The notes: generated from the letters alone by a model not told the origin. A stretch of 64,000 nucleotides of DNA from Eledone cirrhosa (GCA_964016885.1 OZ024745.1:41788001-41852000); one strand, 5' to 3'. Shown: positions 1 through 13,548, counted from the stretch's first letter. A program made the numbers and translations.

Positions 1-289
1 CTCCATTTCATTTCTTCATAACTTATAAGATCGATGTTTAGCTTTATAATAGTTAGAAATTCAGCAAGAAAAATAAATATTTAAACTATGTACTATGTAA
101 GAAATAACTAATTTTAACCAGATAATTAGATTTAATATAATGATTGATATATTTATAATATTAATTTCTACCAAAGTGAATATTATTTCCTCGATCATGG
201 AATTATCCCAAAATTTTATTTTAACAGAGAATTTAATTTCAGAATGTAAATGGATATAACTAAATACGGAAGGATATTTAATACATACC

Positions 290-685
290 ACGCTTTATTA
301 TATTGGCCATGTAACTTACGTCTTTTCCACTAAAAGTCTTGATTGTTTTCAGTCAGGTCGGGCCTTGAAAGTTTTCTGATCGTGCTTTACACCTTAGTTA
401 TGTTTTGGACACCATAACTCACGCGAGTAAAGAGTTGTTGTTATCGAAGACATATCCAGATGTAGGGAGTTTATCTGGAATTTGACCAACGATATTAAAA
501 TTTTATGCGATTTTTTTAAATTGAATTTGAATAGCTGTGTTGGCTGTTGTTATGAGATGAGGGATTAATATTGTAGTAGGTGGGTAACACGGGGACAAGC
601 ACAGGTAGAATTGTGTGATTTGGGAAATGTTGATGAAATAATTTCCACGTCATACAAATGATGTAGTTAGCGTGCAGGACGGTGT

Positions 686-719
<34 letters not shown>

Positions 720-1215
720 AAGGTTTGAGTTTTTCTTGTCAATCTCATTAGTCAAGGTCTGTCATGCTATTTATCATTTGTTTTGTAATTTACCTCTGGA
801 GTGCTTCGGTTTTCATAATATTTTGTTTCGTGTAGAGAGACCACAAGGTGCAACAGTACTCATGGTGGCGCCGTGCAAATGTCGAGAAGAGAAGGATATT
901 GGTGGGAATATCTCTAGGCTGGAAAGTTCTAAGGATCCAGAAACACATCATGTGAATCATGTCAACTTTGTTGTTTATTTGAGTACTTCAGCTTCAGTTA
1001 TTATTGAAAATTGCTCGAAAGTCTTTGGTGTAGAACGCCACGAGGATTTCATTCGAATGAAGAGAATATGATAAATCAAGTGCACACTCTTTTCCAAAGT
1101 GGATTAACACAAACCTGTTACCGTTTAGTAGAATATTCTTCTCGCCCTTTGAATAACAACGAGCAGATCCGATTGTATATTATTCTCATTTTGACGTCTT
1201 CGAAATACGTATAAC
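290..1215 (-). mobile_element. Decayed CR1-type LINE 3' part, interrupted by (GA)n
   Basis: Minus-strand reading gives CFWILRTF...HEYCCTLWSLYTKQNIMKTEALQR...YIICMTWKLFHQHFPN...IPDKLPTSGYV with stops and frameshifts; homologous to the CR1 fragment at 32300-32897. Confidence 0.8.
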
Positions 1216-1294
1216 GGTACTATGTAATAAACAGAGGTTGTACATTTAAAACCGTCTCTCTTCATTTTTTGTGTTCATTTTGAAAGATTTGAAA

Positions 1295-1490
1295 CGAGTG
1301 TTGAAACAGATATTTTATACCTTGGGAGGGTCATGCTGTTAATAAAAACACGGACCTATCTGTTGAGTTTCAAATCAGTTTTGTTATTATTGGTTGAGTG
1401 ACAAATTTTTCCGTCAGTTAGTTTAATAACCGTATGGTTGTTTAGATGTCATTGTCACATCATGTTTAACGAAACAGCTTTGCCGATATA
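1295..1490 (-). mobile_element. Penelope-like element terminal segment (family E)
   Basis: Contains GTGTTTTTATTAACAGCATGACCCTCCCAAGGTATAA, shared with 29080-29110, 41410-41435, 46190-46228, 46575-46630 and the end of the GIY-YIG element near 52550. Confidence 0.55.
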
Positions 1491-1507
1491 TATATATATA
1501 TATATAC

Positions 1508-1688
1508 ATAGGAACAAGTATGACCCGACGGCAGAGCTCAAGCCGTTTCGACGGCTATTTCTGGACTCAGAAACGGCTTGAGCTCTGCCGTCGGGGTCAT
1601 ACTTGTCCCTATTACCCACTCTACTACCCTAAGTATTGAGTACTTTGGTGCGTTATGGTCCATCTAGTTCCTTACCACAATTCCTTCG

Positions 1689-1690
<2 letters not shown>
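1508..1690. mobile_element. Fold-back module, family A, flanked by (TA)n
   Basis: Inverted arms 1508-1549 and 1570-1612; homologous to 4566-4735, 6544-6691 and 39153-39200. Confidence 0.75.
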
Positions 1691-1761
<71 letters not shown>

Positions 1762-2574
1762 CACGTATGTATGTGTTTGGATGCGTGTGTCTACGTCTAT
1801 ATATATGCAATATGTGGGTGTTTGTGTGCAGCATTGGGAATGGGAGATAGAGATTGTGTGTTGCATATTTACACACAGGTGATATAAAACACAGATGATT
1901 TTTAAGTATGCTAAACAATTTTCGAATATTGGAAATATCCATAATCATTTACTAATTCCTGTACATTTATTATTGCTGCTTATACATGTTACTAAGAAAC
2001 ATCTTTATCACAGAATTTCGAATATATTATTATTCTTTTTTTTTTCTTTTTTTTGACAAACTGAAACTTTTTTATTTACAATCAATGTCAAATTAGAAAA
2101 AATATCATCCGTCATTTCTGCAGTTCAGATTTAATCCTAAGTAGTATCCACCAAATCCCGCTACCATTCTCTTGTTTGTGGCTTGCCAACATCTTTCAAT
2201 CATGGCCACCAATTCATTACTGTATTCCCATTTCCACTTTCGTCTTATTAGTTAGATGTAGAGTGAGAGAAAATAATGGTGAAAACTGAAAGTGAGTGGG
2301 GAGGGTATGACAGAAAGGGGCAGGCATAGAAATACAGCGAAATAGAATGAAAGATAGAATGTGAGAGGGAGTTAGAGGGGAGATGTATTGGAGGGACAAA
2401 GACATTAACGTTGCTTCTTTATATTAGAGTTGATATTAAGGGGACCCGCACAGACTGAATCATCAATCCGTATCTCTTAGGCTTTCCTCAAATTTTCAGA
2501 ACCTTGCATTCGTCCCCACCCATACCCGCTATATTTCTTCATTGTTTTCCTTTTGTGCCTAATTTATTTACACT

Positions 2575-2736
<162 letters not shown>

Positions 2737-2898
2737 AGTGTATATAAATATATAAGTTGACGGAACTAGCACAGGTTTCACTGCTAGTACCGGTTGCATC
2801 TCAGCGTATTCAATAGGTAATGTAAAATAAACTCCCAGAGTAGACACATAGTTAATTCACTTCAATACAACGCACGTAAATGGGTACCTTCAAACTTT

Positions 2899-3010
2899 AC
2901 CCGTACTCAAGTTTCGGCCACACTTGATGCAGCAATAGAGTGCAGAGCATGTACTTTCTGCATTTATTATGCAACAATGCACAATCGGTGCATGTGGCTT
3001 CATCAGGGAT
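2899..3010 (-). ncRNA. Candidate type-I hammerhead ribozyme with branched stem II
   Basis: CTGATGA-aGCCACA...TGTGGCc-GAAAC-TTGA-GTA; two internal hairpins; stem I imperfect (ATCC/cGGGT). Confidence 0.65.
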
Positions 3011-3275
3011 TTTCGCCTAATCGCCTAATTGATTCAGTCTGTATCGGCTATGATTGTATGTGACGGCGAACAGAGTAAAACATTAACAAGTGAAATCACT
3101 ACGTGTCATCATATCGCTGCCCACCGGCCATTGATTCAGAATTTTACGTGACGGCAGGAGACGAAATTCAAATAGTCCAGCTTCCGCCATAAGCACTCAG
3201 CCAACGTATCTCAAACACAAATTAACAAGCGGGTGAAAAGTCGGTTATTAGAAAATTTCAGTATCCTATCGCTGT

Positions 3276-3378
<103 letters not shown>

Positions 3379-3411
3379 AGAATGAAAGAATAAAGTGCTT
3401 AGCTCTTTTAT

Positions 3412-3527
3412 TGCTTTACAATTGTTTCGGCATTTCAACCGTTTATTAAACCTTGAGGCAAGATTTCGAGAGGATGGAATACGTGTACAAAATGTGTATA
3501 AAGGGAAACAAAACATCATCAGAAGCA
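3412..3527 (-). ncRNA. Candidate minimal hammerhead ribozyme, long degenerate stem II
   Basis: TGCTT-CTGATGA...GAAAC-AATT-GTA^AAGCA: perfect 5-bp stem I and palindromic AATT tetraloop; stem II weakly paired. Confidence 0.65.
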
Positions 3528-3734
3528 GTATCAGCAAAATATTAAAAATCGTTAAACAAATTAGACTGAAAGGTGGAGCCCTAGAGAGCAAGATGCAAGC
3601 CATTGGAAAACCCCCTTCTACTAAACTAAACTCACCATCAAAAGTATGCATAAATCTGTTTATACAAGGATCCACACAAGTGAACATATACACACAGACA
3701 CACAGACACACACACACACACACACATACACATA

Positions 3735-3826
<92 letters not shown>

Positions 3827-3849
3827 GACAGAGAGAAAGAGTATAGTCA

Positions 3850-3920
3850 TCTTTATTATTTATAGAAATGACTTCTACAAGACTAGAACTGTTTCCTTCG
3901 TATGAAATACCAGGAATGTC
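3850..3920 (-). mobile_element. Degenerate family C hammerhead module
   Basis: TTTCATACGAAGGAAACAGTTCTAGTCTTGTAGAAG, homologous to 6705-6740 and 40770-40800. Confidence 0.55.
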
Positions 3921-4529
3921 AGATAAAGTTGGTCATTTGTGGTTATATATGTGTCTGTGGGGTGGTAGTTGAGGGTGGTGATGGAACCCTTTCTAATTAT
4001 ATAGATATCTGGTGGTGTTGGATGGGATAAGGAAAGTGGAGAGGAGGAAAGGAGAAAAGTCACTTGATTAATATCGGAGTAGGAGGAGGGAAGAAGATGA
4101 AGAAGGAGGTGGAAATGAATAGGAAGAAGTCGAAGAAGGAGAAGGGGAGAATGAAGACGGAGAAGAAGTAGAACATACACCTATATACATTTATAGAGTA
4201 AAACATAATAACACCAATATGCATACACCCACAAAGATCCACAAAGGCACTCAATGGATCTCACTCTCATGTGCCATATATAGACATACATATAACCTGT
4301 ACCACCACATTCCCACATATATTCACATACACACACACACACACAGATATACATTCTCACACACACGAATTCTCTCACACACACACACACACATATATAT
4401 GTACACATACACATATGCATAAACTTATAAATCCCATACATATACACACACGTAAATACATCCATATATATATATATATATATACCTACGCACACGCACA
4501 CAAACACACACACACACACACACACACAG

Positions 4530-4561
<32 letters not shown>

Positions 4562-4565
4562 CTAT

Positions 4566-4735
4566 ATAACAAAGGAATTGTGGTAAGGAACCAGATGGAC
4601 CATAACGCACCAGAGTACTCAATACTTAGGGTAGTAGAGTGGGAAATAGGAAAAAGTATGACCCCGACGGTAGAGCTCAAGCCGTTTCGACGGCTATTTA
4701 TTGAGCTCTGCCGTCGGGGTCATACTTTTTCCTAT
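4566..4735. mobile_element. Fold-back module, family A
   Basis: 35-bp arms 4646-4680 and 4701-4735 (1 mismatch); (TA)n on both sides. Confidence 0.75.
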
Positions 4736-5179
4736 ATATAAATATATATGTATACAGACCTATGCACACATGCACACATGCACATGCTCTTATATGTACT
4801 TTCATTCATACATTTCAATATAAACGTAGAAAATAAGACTTTTAAGTACATATACTGACAAATACAGTTATATAAACCTAGGTGCATAAATATATGTGGC
4901 CATTGATATAGAGGATTTAAATGAAGTCATAAACTCTATGTAAAAAGGAGAGACGATGTGGACAATTAATAACTATTTCATTCCTATGGTTTAAGAGTTT
5001 ATGTGCTGTCATCGAATATAATACGCCTCAAAAGTACACAGAAGGCAAGTTTACTGATTCCAGCATAGCCTTTTGCGGAACCAATCATACAACATTGAAG
5101 TTGATTATAGGTTTTGGACTTTCGGAGAGTGGCAATACACTGAATCAAGGAGATAGATTTGGTAAGATGGGAATAATAA

Positions 5180-5367
5180 ATTTTTCTGCTTTAGGCACAA
5201 GGCCAGCAATTAACCAGTACGTTACTGGTACTTTATTTTATCGACCTCGTAAGTATGAAAGGCAAGGTTAACCTCGGCGGGATTTGAACGCAGACTGTAA
5301 AGGGACGTAACTATGGTAGAAAGCATGGCGTCCAACCCTCTACCGATACTGCCAATTGACCGCCCTT
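5180..5367 (-). mobile_element. tRNA-derived SINE with Nin/Deu-like central domain
   Basis: GAGGTTAACCTTGCCTTTCAT...GGTCGATAAAATAAAGTACCAG core; 15-bp TSD AGATGGGAATAATAA at 5165-5179 and 5368-5382. Confidence 0.85.
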
Positions 5368-5385
5368 AGATGGGAATAATAATAA

Positions 5386-5735
<350 letters not shown>

Positions 5736-5821
5736 GTAGGAGGTGAGTTTTATTGTAGTACAATAAAGCAATGCAGATATCGGATAAGAAGCACTCTACA
5801 GTTTGTAGGACTGGAGTATGC

Positions 5822-6141
5822 ATAATATAAGATCAAAAGATGGTTAAAGGAGTTCCATGTATTTTATTATGCGCATTTCAAAAACAAACATCATCATGCA
5901 ATAATATTTGTGTTTTCATCAGATAAAACAGGAGAACATGATATGAAGGCTAAAAAACACTTGTGGATAGTGGATAGTGAAATGTAGATTTAAAACTGCA
6001 CTATCCACAAGTGTTTTTTAGCCTTCATATCATGTTCTCCTGTTTTATCTAATGAAAACACAAATATTATTGCATGATGATGTTTGTTTTTGAAATGCGC
6101 ATAATAAAATACATGGAACTCCTTTAACCATCTTTTGATCT

Positions 6142-6149
<8 letters not shown>
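5822..6149. repeat. Fold-back inverted repeat, 151-bp arms (family B module)
   Basis: Arms 5822-5972 and 5999-6149, one mismatch seen; ends in (TA)n. Confidence 0.92.
5860..5930 (-). ncRNA. Minimal type-I hammerhead ribozyme (family B)
   Basis: TGTTTTAT-CTGATGA-stem II-GAAA-T-GCGC-A-TA^ATAAAATA: 8-bp stem I, intact core, palindromic GCGC loop. Confidence 0.8.
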
Positions 6150-6181
<32 letters not shown>

Positions 6182-6236
6182 GTGAGGTTTTTTTTACAAA
6201 ATGAAAAATAACCGAGGTGTCCTACACGAGTGGAAG

Positions 6237-6825
<589 letters not shown>

Positions 6826-7029
6826 TATATATACATATATATATATATATGTATGTATATGGGCGTATGTATTTATTATATGAATATATATATATGTGTG
6901 TGTGTGTGCGTGCATATATATGTATATATATTATATATATACTCAATATATATATGTCTGTGTGTGTGTATGTATGTATTTATTATATGAATATATATAT
7001 GTGTGTGTGTGTGCGTGTATATATATATG

Positions 7030-7159
<130 letters not shown>

Positions 7160-7714
7160 CTCTCTCTTACTCTCTCTATGTGTGTCCATACGCCTGTAGG
7201 CGTTTATCTCCTTAAATTGACGCTGATATATGCGCTTCTGAATGTAAATGGTTGGAAAAGTAATAGAAGAAGACAGGGAAAAATTGAGGAAAAGGACGTA
7301 CAGACATCTTTCACTAGTGTAAACCTGTTATAAATACTAGAAAAATGCTGATTGATCAAATGTGTGGTAAATTGCAAGATGGATCGTCAGGAGGACAATG
7401 CCATCTTCATGTAATACTGATGTTTGCATAGATAGATGACAGCTTATAGTGCTATGCTATTTGTCATGTCACTGAATTTCTTTGTTATAGGCTTTAAAGT
7501 CTTGTAGTTTAATTTTTTCTTCTTCCTTTATATAGTTTTTTTTATTTTCTTTTAATATTGTTGTTTTTGATTAAATATTTTAATAAAAATCTAAAGAGCA
7601 AATGAACTTATATCATAAAGAAATTGTAAACTGCACACACATACACACAACAAACACATATTCAGCCATTCGTAAATACATTTTTACATTGCATGTATGT
7701 ATACCTTTCTTAAT

Positions 7715-7819
<105 letters not shown>

Positions 7820-8179
7820 CACGCATACATATATATATATATATATATATTTATTAAAATAACAGATTAAAGTTTAAGCAAAGAATCGCTGCTTTCACGC
7901 TTAACGGGATCTTCTGATATATATATATACATATGATTATTCTTTTAAATTTCCAATTGAGTTCTTATACACGTGGTTTGTACCTAACAGGTTTAATTGT
8001 CCAGCGTGTATATTGTTTTATTTTATGATAACCTCCCTTTACCCTTTTGGGGACAGCGTGTAATTTTTATTTGGGAGAACTGCTGGATTTTAATCTACCA
8101 GTCTCTTCTTAGCGCTGAGGGAGACCATCACCATTATATTGATGTCGATATAATTCCTATATCGATATTAATTTGGACA

Positions 8180-8303
8180 TCCACTGATGAGTTTATAAGA
8201 GCCCGCTTGTGTATAAAACTACGGATTATATACAAGTTTCTACATAACCTGGAAATTATTTATCCCAAATTGTAGAAATCTTATAACGAAGAGGCCGTCT
8301 GGA
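8180..8303 (+). ncRNA. Degenerate hammerhead with branched stem II
   Basis: TCCA-CTGATGA-GTTTATAAGA...TCTTATAAC-GAAGA-GGCC-GTC^TGGA; GAAAC box mutated; palindromic GGCC loop. Confidence 0.65.
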
Positions 8304-8884
8304 AGGAAAGAGATATTTATTTAATAATGTCTCATATAAAATAATACAACCAATTTTCCACGAAATACTGATTAGTTAGCACCCCAAACACTAAACTGGG
8401 ATAATACTTAAGTATATCCGAATGTTTGTTGAGTGAGATGGAATTGGTCGGAGTATCGCTTAAGGCTTTCTCTGTTTATGTATTGTATATATATATATAT
8501 ATACAATACATATATTTATATATATGAAAAGATAATATTCCTCTCTGATGGAGGCGAATCGAGAATGTATTTGAATACGTATAAAAATGAGAAAACTCAT
8601 CGCTAGAACAGCCGTTAAAATAGCTAAATGCTGTCAAAGACAGTGATGGGTAACAAAGGGGCCAGCGGCTGGTTTGATAGCTGATGAGGATGACGATGTG
8701 TGTGAGTCTTGTATATCACCTTTCTTTGTTTCTCTTTTCCAGTCACTTCTATGCGCCAACACACTTCTCCGTGTCCACACCCTCTTTCAATATTTTCTAT
8801 ATTTCATCTGCCTGTCCCCCACCTTATGGATTGTCTCTCTGTTGACCACTGACCGCCGCTGGTCTCTGTTCTAGCGATGACGTT

Positions 8885-8959
<75 letters not shown>

Positions 8960-9891
8960 GAGAGAGAGTAAGAGAGAGAGATAGGTGTGGCTGTGTGTGT
9001 GTGTGGGGGGGGGGGGGGTAAACAACATTGTATACAAAGTACCGAAGTTTAGAAGCGCTGAGGTGTTATAAAGTCAATAACTGTAAATACAGTTGACTGA
9101 TATAGAAAAAATAGGGTAAAATGCCCTTGTAGACGGAAAAAAGGTGGTCAGCGGTCAGTGTTCACAGCTATTTTCTGCGTGTGATTTTTCTACATTCACT
9201 CTACCTCTCTCTCTCTCTCTCCCCCTCTCTCTCTCTCTCTATATATATATATTCAAAAGATTAAGTGTACCATCTCTCTTTATTCCTATCACTAAATTTA
9301 CATTAACAAACATTGCCGTTAAACTTGTCAAATACCTTTCCCATATCTATTTTCTAAACCCTAACTATATAAGGCATTTGTATCTTTATTACAATTTTAC
9401 AATTATTTCTATTTAAGGATAATGGCTACAATTACAGTGGACACATGTTTTCAATTATATGACTTTCTATGATGTCGAGCAGAGGAGTACTTGAAATTTC
9501 AATCGTCTGAAACTGCTTCTGTTAATTTAAGTGTTTATATTTATCTACAAACCTATCATAATGATATGCAAAGAACATTTCTTAAGTTATATTTCAAACA
9601 CCACATAAATAATTATAAATAATTAAATAATGAATACTTATTTCACTAGACACCTTAAAGTTCTTAATTGTTTTCAAAATTTCCTGAAGTTTGTAAGTTG
9701 TGTGTTGTATCAGAAATATATCAAGGAAAATGTTAATAAGTCTCTTGACATTTCACTACCAAACCAGTTAATTCATTCGAAAACCGTTCGAATAAAATTG
9801 GTTGACATTCGTTACATAGTATTTTCATATCTAATTATATTGAGATACTAGTTTATGCATGCACTCTCTCTTTCTCTCTCCCTATCACATT

Positions 9892-9934
<43 letters not shown>

Positions 9935-10056
9935 CCACCTGATTTTGTTACCAGGAGATTTACCCATCTGTATTGTTGAGGGTTCCAAAACGACTATTTT
10001 TAATATTCTACAATGCTTCAAGCAAACTTTAACAGTCTCATATATATATATATATA

Positions 10057-10205
10057 ATTTTTCTACTTTTGGCACAAGGCCAGCAATTACCCAGTACATT
10101 ACTGGTACTTTATTTTATCGACCCCGTAAGGATGAAAGGCAAAATTAACCTCGGCGGGATTTGAAGTCAGGATGGCAAGGGCCGTAACTCCATGCATCAA
10201 AGCAT
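10057..10205 (-). mobile_element. Nin/Deu-domain SINE copy
   Basis: Same core as 5180-5367. Confidence 0.8.
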
Positions 10206-10371
10206 AATGATCCCGATTAAAGTTATAAAGTTCATAGAAAATGTAATAGGCTAAGGCGCAGAGCGCTTTGTAAGTTCGAAGGTTCAAGCTTCGCGTACGA
10301 TATTTGTTTTTAATTAAGAACGATAAATAACGTACCCAATATATTAGTAGTGAAGATACATATTTATATAG

Positions 10372-10482
10372 AAATGATTCCTACAGAACTATAATTGTTT
10401 AATTAGTTTGAAGTAAGTCATCAGAAATGTTCCTTATTATTTCAAACGAATGGTACCGTTCTAGTCATGTTGAAGTCATTTC
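10372..10482. repeat. Old degenerate fold-back of family C module
   Basis: Imperfect arms GAAATGATTCCTACAGAACTA... / ...CTAGTCATGTTGAAGTCATTTC, with TCATCAG (reverse-complement CTGATGA) in the loop. Confidence 0.45.
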
Positions 10483-12417
10483 TGAATGAAATATATATAT
10501 AAGACCCCTTAACTGAATGGGATTATGCAAATTTGTGATCCATGCATGGCTCAGAATTTTTCTTCGCTTGATTTGCAAGAAATCCAAAATTTTATATTAG
10601 TTTATCCCTGCATAAACTAATGGTTGAGGTGTTGGACTCACGACCATAAGGTCATGTGTTCGATTCTCGGATCGGGCAGCACTTTGTGATCTTGAAAAAA
10701 ACACTTTATTTCACGTTGCACCTTCTGCCAGAAGTTTATACCGACAGATAGTATCAGCATTGGAAAAGCCTATGGAAGTATTCTTTCCTTGATCCAATCT
10801 GGCGAACACCTCTTCTACTTTTCCTTTTTCATCTCTTAATGAATCTGCGTTGTAGTTTACAGGTTCTCATCACCTGCCTTCAAATTTTATTTGTAATTAC
10901 TTTGATAAGAAAACGCACGAATTTTACATTCTCTCTGCTCACTTAAAAAAAATAGACAAATAAGAAACAACTATTTGCATTATTTCTTTACTTTAAAGTA
11001 CAAGCTCGTCACCGCACGTGGATGTAGAAAAAAGCCGATGGGAAGAAAAAGCAGAAGCAGCGTTCAAGTTCTTTTCGGGTTGAGCTTGTCTTTCAAACAT
11101 CCGCGTTGATAATACAATAACTTGTAATACTGTGGGTATCATAGAATAGACAATATTCTCTTCTGCCAAACACGGAAAATGTCCAAACTTAAGTGAAGAC
11201 GTTTATGAACATTTGTTGTATTCTGCAGTAAGTACAAGGAAAGTAATTCCTCAACTTATTCACTTGACTATGAATGCTAAAATGTGTCAACTTATAGAGG
11301 AAATATATCACAGAGAATAGTATTTAACTTTAGCCTTAGATTGATTGGTAAAAACATACCATAGACCTGACAACTCTCACCGTCGGACGAGGAGATCACC
11401 CACCCACTTTGGAGTGGATGAGAGAAGTCTTCTCTTGTGGAAATGGGTATAGTTTTCTTTATGTAAAAATCTCTCCATTATGCATCATTTTCCCCTATTT
11501 TGGTACAGTATCGTTAAAATTGATATCAGAAGTCCATGAAAGCCTATAAAAAATATTGGGTGCTTCCTTCTTTGTCAGAGTAAAAAGTTGAAAAAGATCT
11601 ATCGAAACTGAAAATACTGTACTAAGAGTAATTTGGTAATATATTGTGATACTTGGAAAGACAAAAGGTTAAAAGCCCCTCCCCACTCAAAGCAAATAAA
11701 ATAATATAGGGTATCTTGAGAAAGTACTATATTCTATAGTTGTTCTTTATTTCAAATGAAGAATCGAAAACGGAAAATAAAATGTAATTAAACATCGAAA
11801 GATTTTAACTGAAATAGTTAATTATGTAAAACAAACACAAAGCACCAAAGAATCAAATGAAAAAAATGTTTGTAACAGGGAAAATAAATGACGAATACTG
11901 ACAGTCAGAAGAGACGAAATGAGTCTGTAACCATCAGATTAATTGAGAATTTGATCAACGATAGCAACAACAAAATCAGTAGCTCCAACGAAATAGCATT
12001 TATCTTTTCTTCGTTTCTTATGTCTAATGCAGGAAATCTCATTTCATCGTTCTTTCTTCGCCATAGTTACGAAAAAAAGAAAAATCCTACAAAACTATTT
12101 TTAAAAATCTATCTAATAACAACGAAGAAAGAAACGAAAGAAGAAACAAAAAATAATTAAAAAATAAAATAAACATAAAGCAAAATGGAAAAGAAAAGAG
12201 AAATATTTGACGAATTGACATGAATTCACAAAAACTGAAAAGTATTATAGATAGGTGTGATAGAACAATAACTATTATGATTCAGTTTTTGATCAGCTTT
12301 ACAATAAATAAATAAACTATAGAAGATTAAAATTATTGAAATATTTCATTTTAAGTAGGTATTCTAAACATCACAGATAAATGATCACATCTTTCTCTCT
12401 CTCTCTATATATATATA

Positions 12418-12634
12418 GGATCTATCGACTTTCGTCAAATCGGACCGAGGAAACAATGTTTCCGTTGGTCTTTCCAATTGCTAATACTATCTATCGGTCG
12501 CAACTCCAAGTAGAAGGAGCAACGTGAAATAAAGTGTCTTGCTCAAGGACATAACGCATCGCCTGGTCCAGGAATCGAACTCACAACCTCAAGAATGTGA
12601 ATTCAATTCTTTAATCACTCAGCCACACGCCTTC
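12418..12634 (-). mobile_element. tRNA-headed SINE with CORE-like domain
   Basis: A box TGGCTGAGTG, B box GTTCGATTCC, TGTCCTTGAGCAAGACACTT; homologous to 33150-33365. Confidence 0.85.
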
Positions 12635-12640
12635 ACACAC

Positions 12641-12671
<31 letters not shown>

Positions 12672-12672
12672 T

Positions 12673-13294
12673 GGTGTGTCAGGTCACCAGTTGGTGCTAC
12701 TGGTAACATGTATCCCAGTACAACCTGTCTCATGGTCGGGTCGTTGGTGACTAAACTGGCAACCCCACCAAGGTTCTTGGTGAGGAGGGTGACTTTGGAC
12801 ATCCTGCAGGACTAAAAACAAAACCTGTCAAAGGGCAAAGGAGCTCTTAAGAGTCAATGGCCATCCAAAATCACCGGGAGAGATGACCCCTTAGCCTTTG
12901 TCAAGGCAGAATTCTAGGAGAAGGAAAACTCTGATATAACACCTGCAACCCTGATGGTATCCAATGATGTTGACTTGTTCTTCTTTTCGGTAAATATCAT
13001 CTTGGTTAAGAGAGTGGGACTGGCTTTGTGCAGTGCCTTTGCTCACTATAAAAGCTTCACGGCACAGGCATTGCTTTATATCTGGAGATCTCTCTGCACT
13101 TGTCCTCACATGGTACTATGGGCCCAGAACTATGTGCCAATAATTGTCACAAGTGTAGTGTTTGTACCAGAGTTTTCAAGTCGCTGGCTGGACTAAAAAG
13201 TCACACTCGTTCAGCGCTTCGGTAGGGGTTCTCCTACATGGATATAAAGTAGTGGCCGTACTCGAAAACGAGTTGACAGCCACCATGTATGTAT
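12673..13294 (+). mobile_element. Non-autonomous bipartite RTE derivative (5' UTR-like part plus 3' end)
   Basis: RTE-like 5' motif CTAGGAGAAGGAAAACTCTGA; 3' part reads CSVCTRVFKSLAGLKSHTRS (C2H2-like RTE C-terminus); (TATG)n flanks; copies at 16393-16640 and 57846-58364. Confidence 0.75.
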
Positions 13295-13427
13295 ACATAC
13301 CAGTTCAGAGAAACAATTGTCAGCAATGAGATTAAAACCCTTTTTTGTATAGCAAACCGTGTCACTCTTGTTTCCTGATTTATATATATATATATACATA
13401 CATACATACATACATACATATGTGTGT

Positions 13428-13544
13428 GAAGGCGTGTGGCTGAGTGATTAGAGAATTGAATTCACATTCTTGAGGTTGTGAGTTCGATTCCTGGACCAGG
13501 CGATGCGTTATGTCCTTGAGCAAGACACTTTATTTAACGTTGCT

Positions 13545-13548
<4 letters not shown>
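13428..13548 (+). mobile_element. Inverted local duplicate of the SINE head at 12514-12634
   Basis: Shares private variants (AAGAATGTGAATTCAATT) absent from the 33.2-kb copy; ends at (TA)n. Confidence 0.85.

Noticed and set aside
8675-8720. CTGATGA box (also at about 23957, 47865 and 61989)
   Set aside because: No convincing stem II plus GAAA plus stem I arrangement; chance matches
12560-12634. tRNA gene-like sequence (also 13428, 33290, 41160, 51870)
   Set aside because: A/B boxes run directly into SINE bodies; these are SINE heads, not tRNA genes
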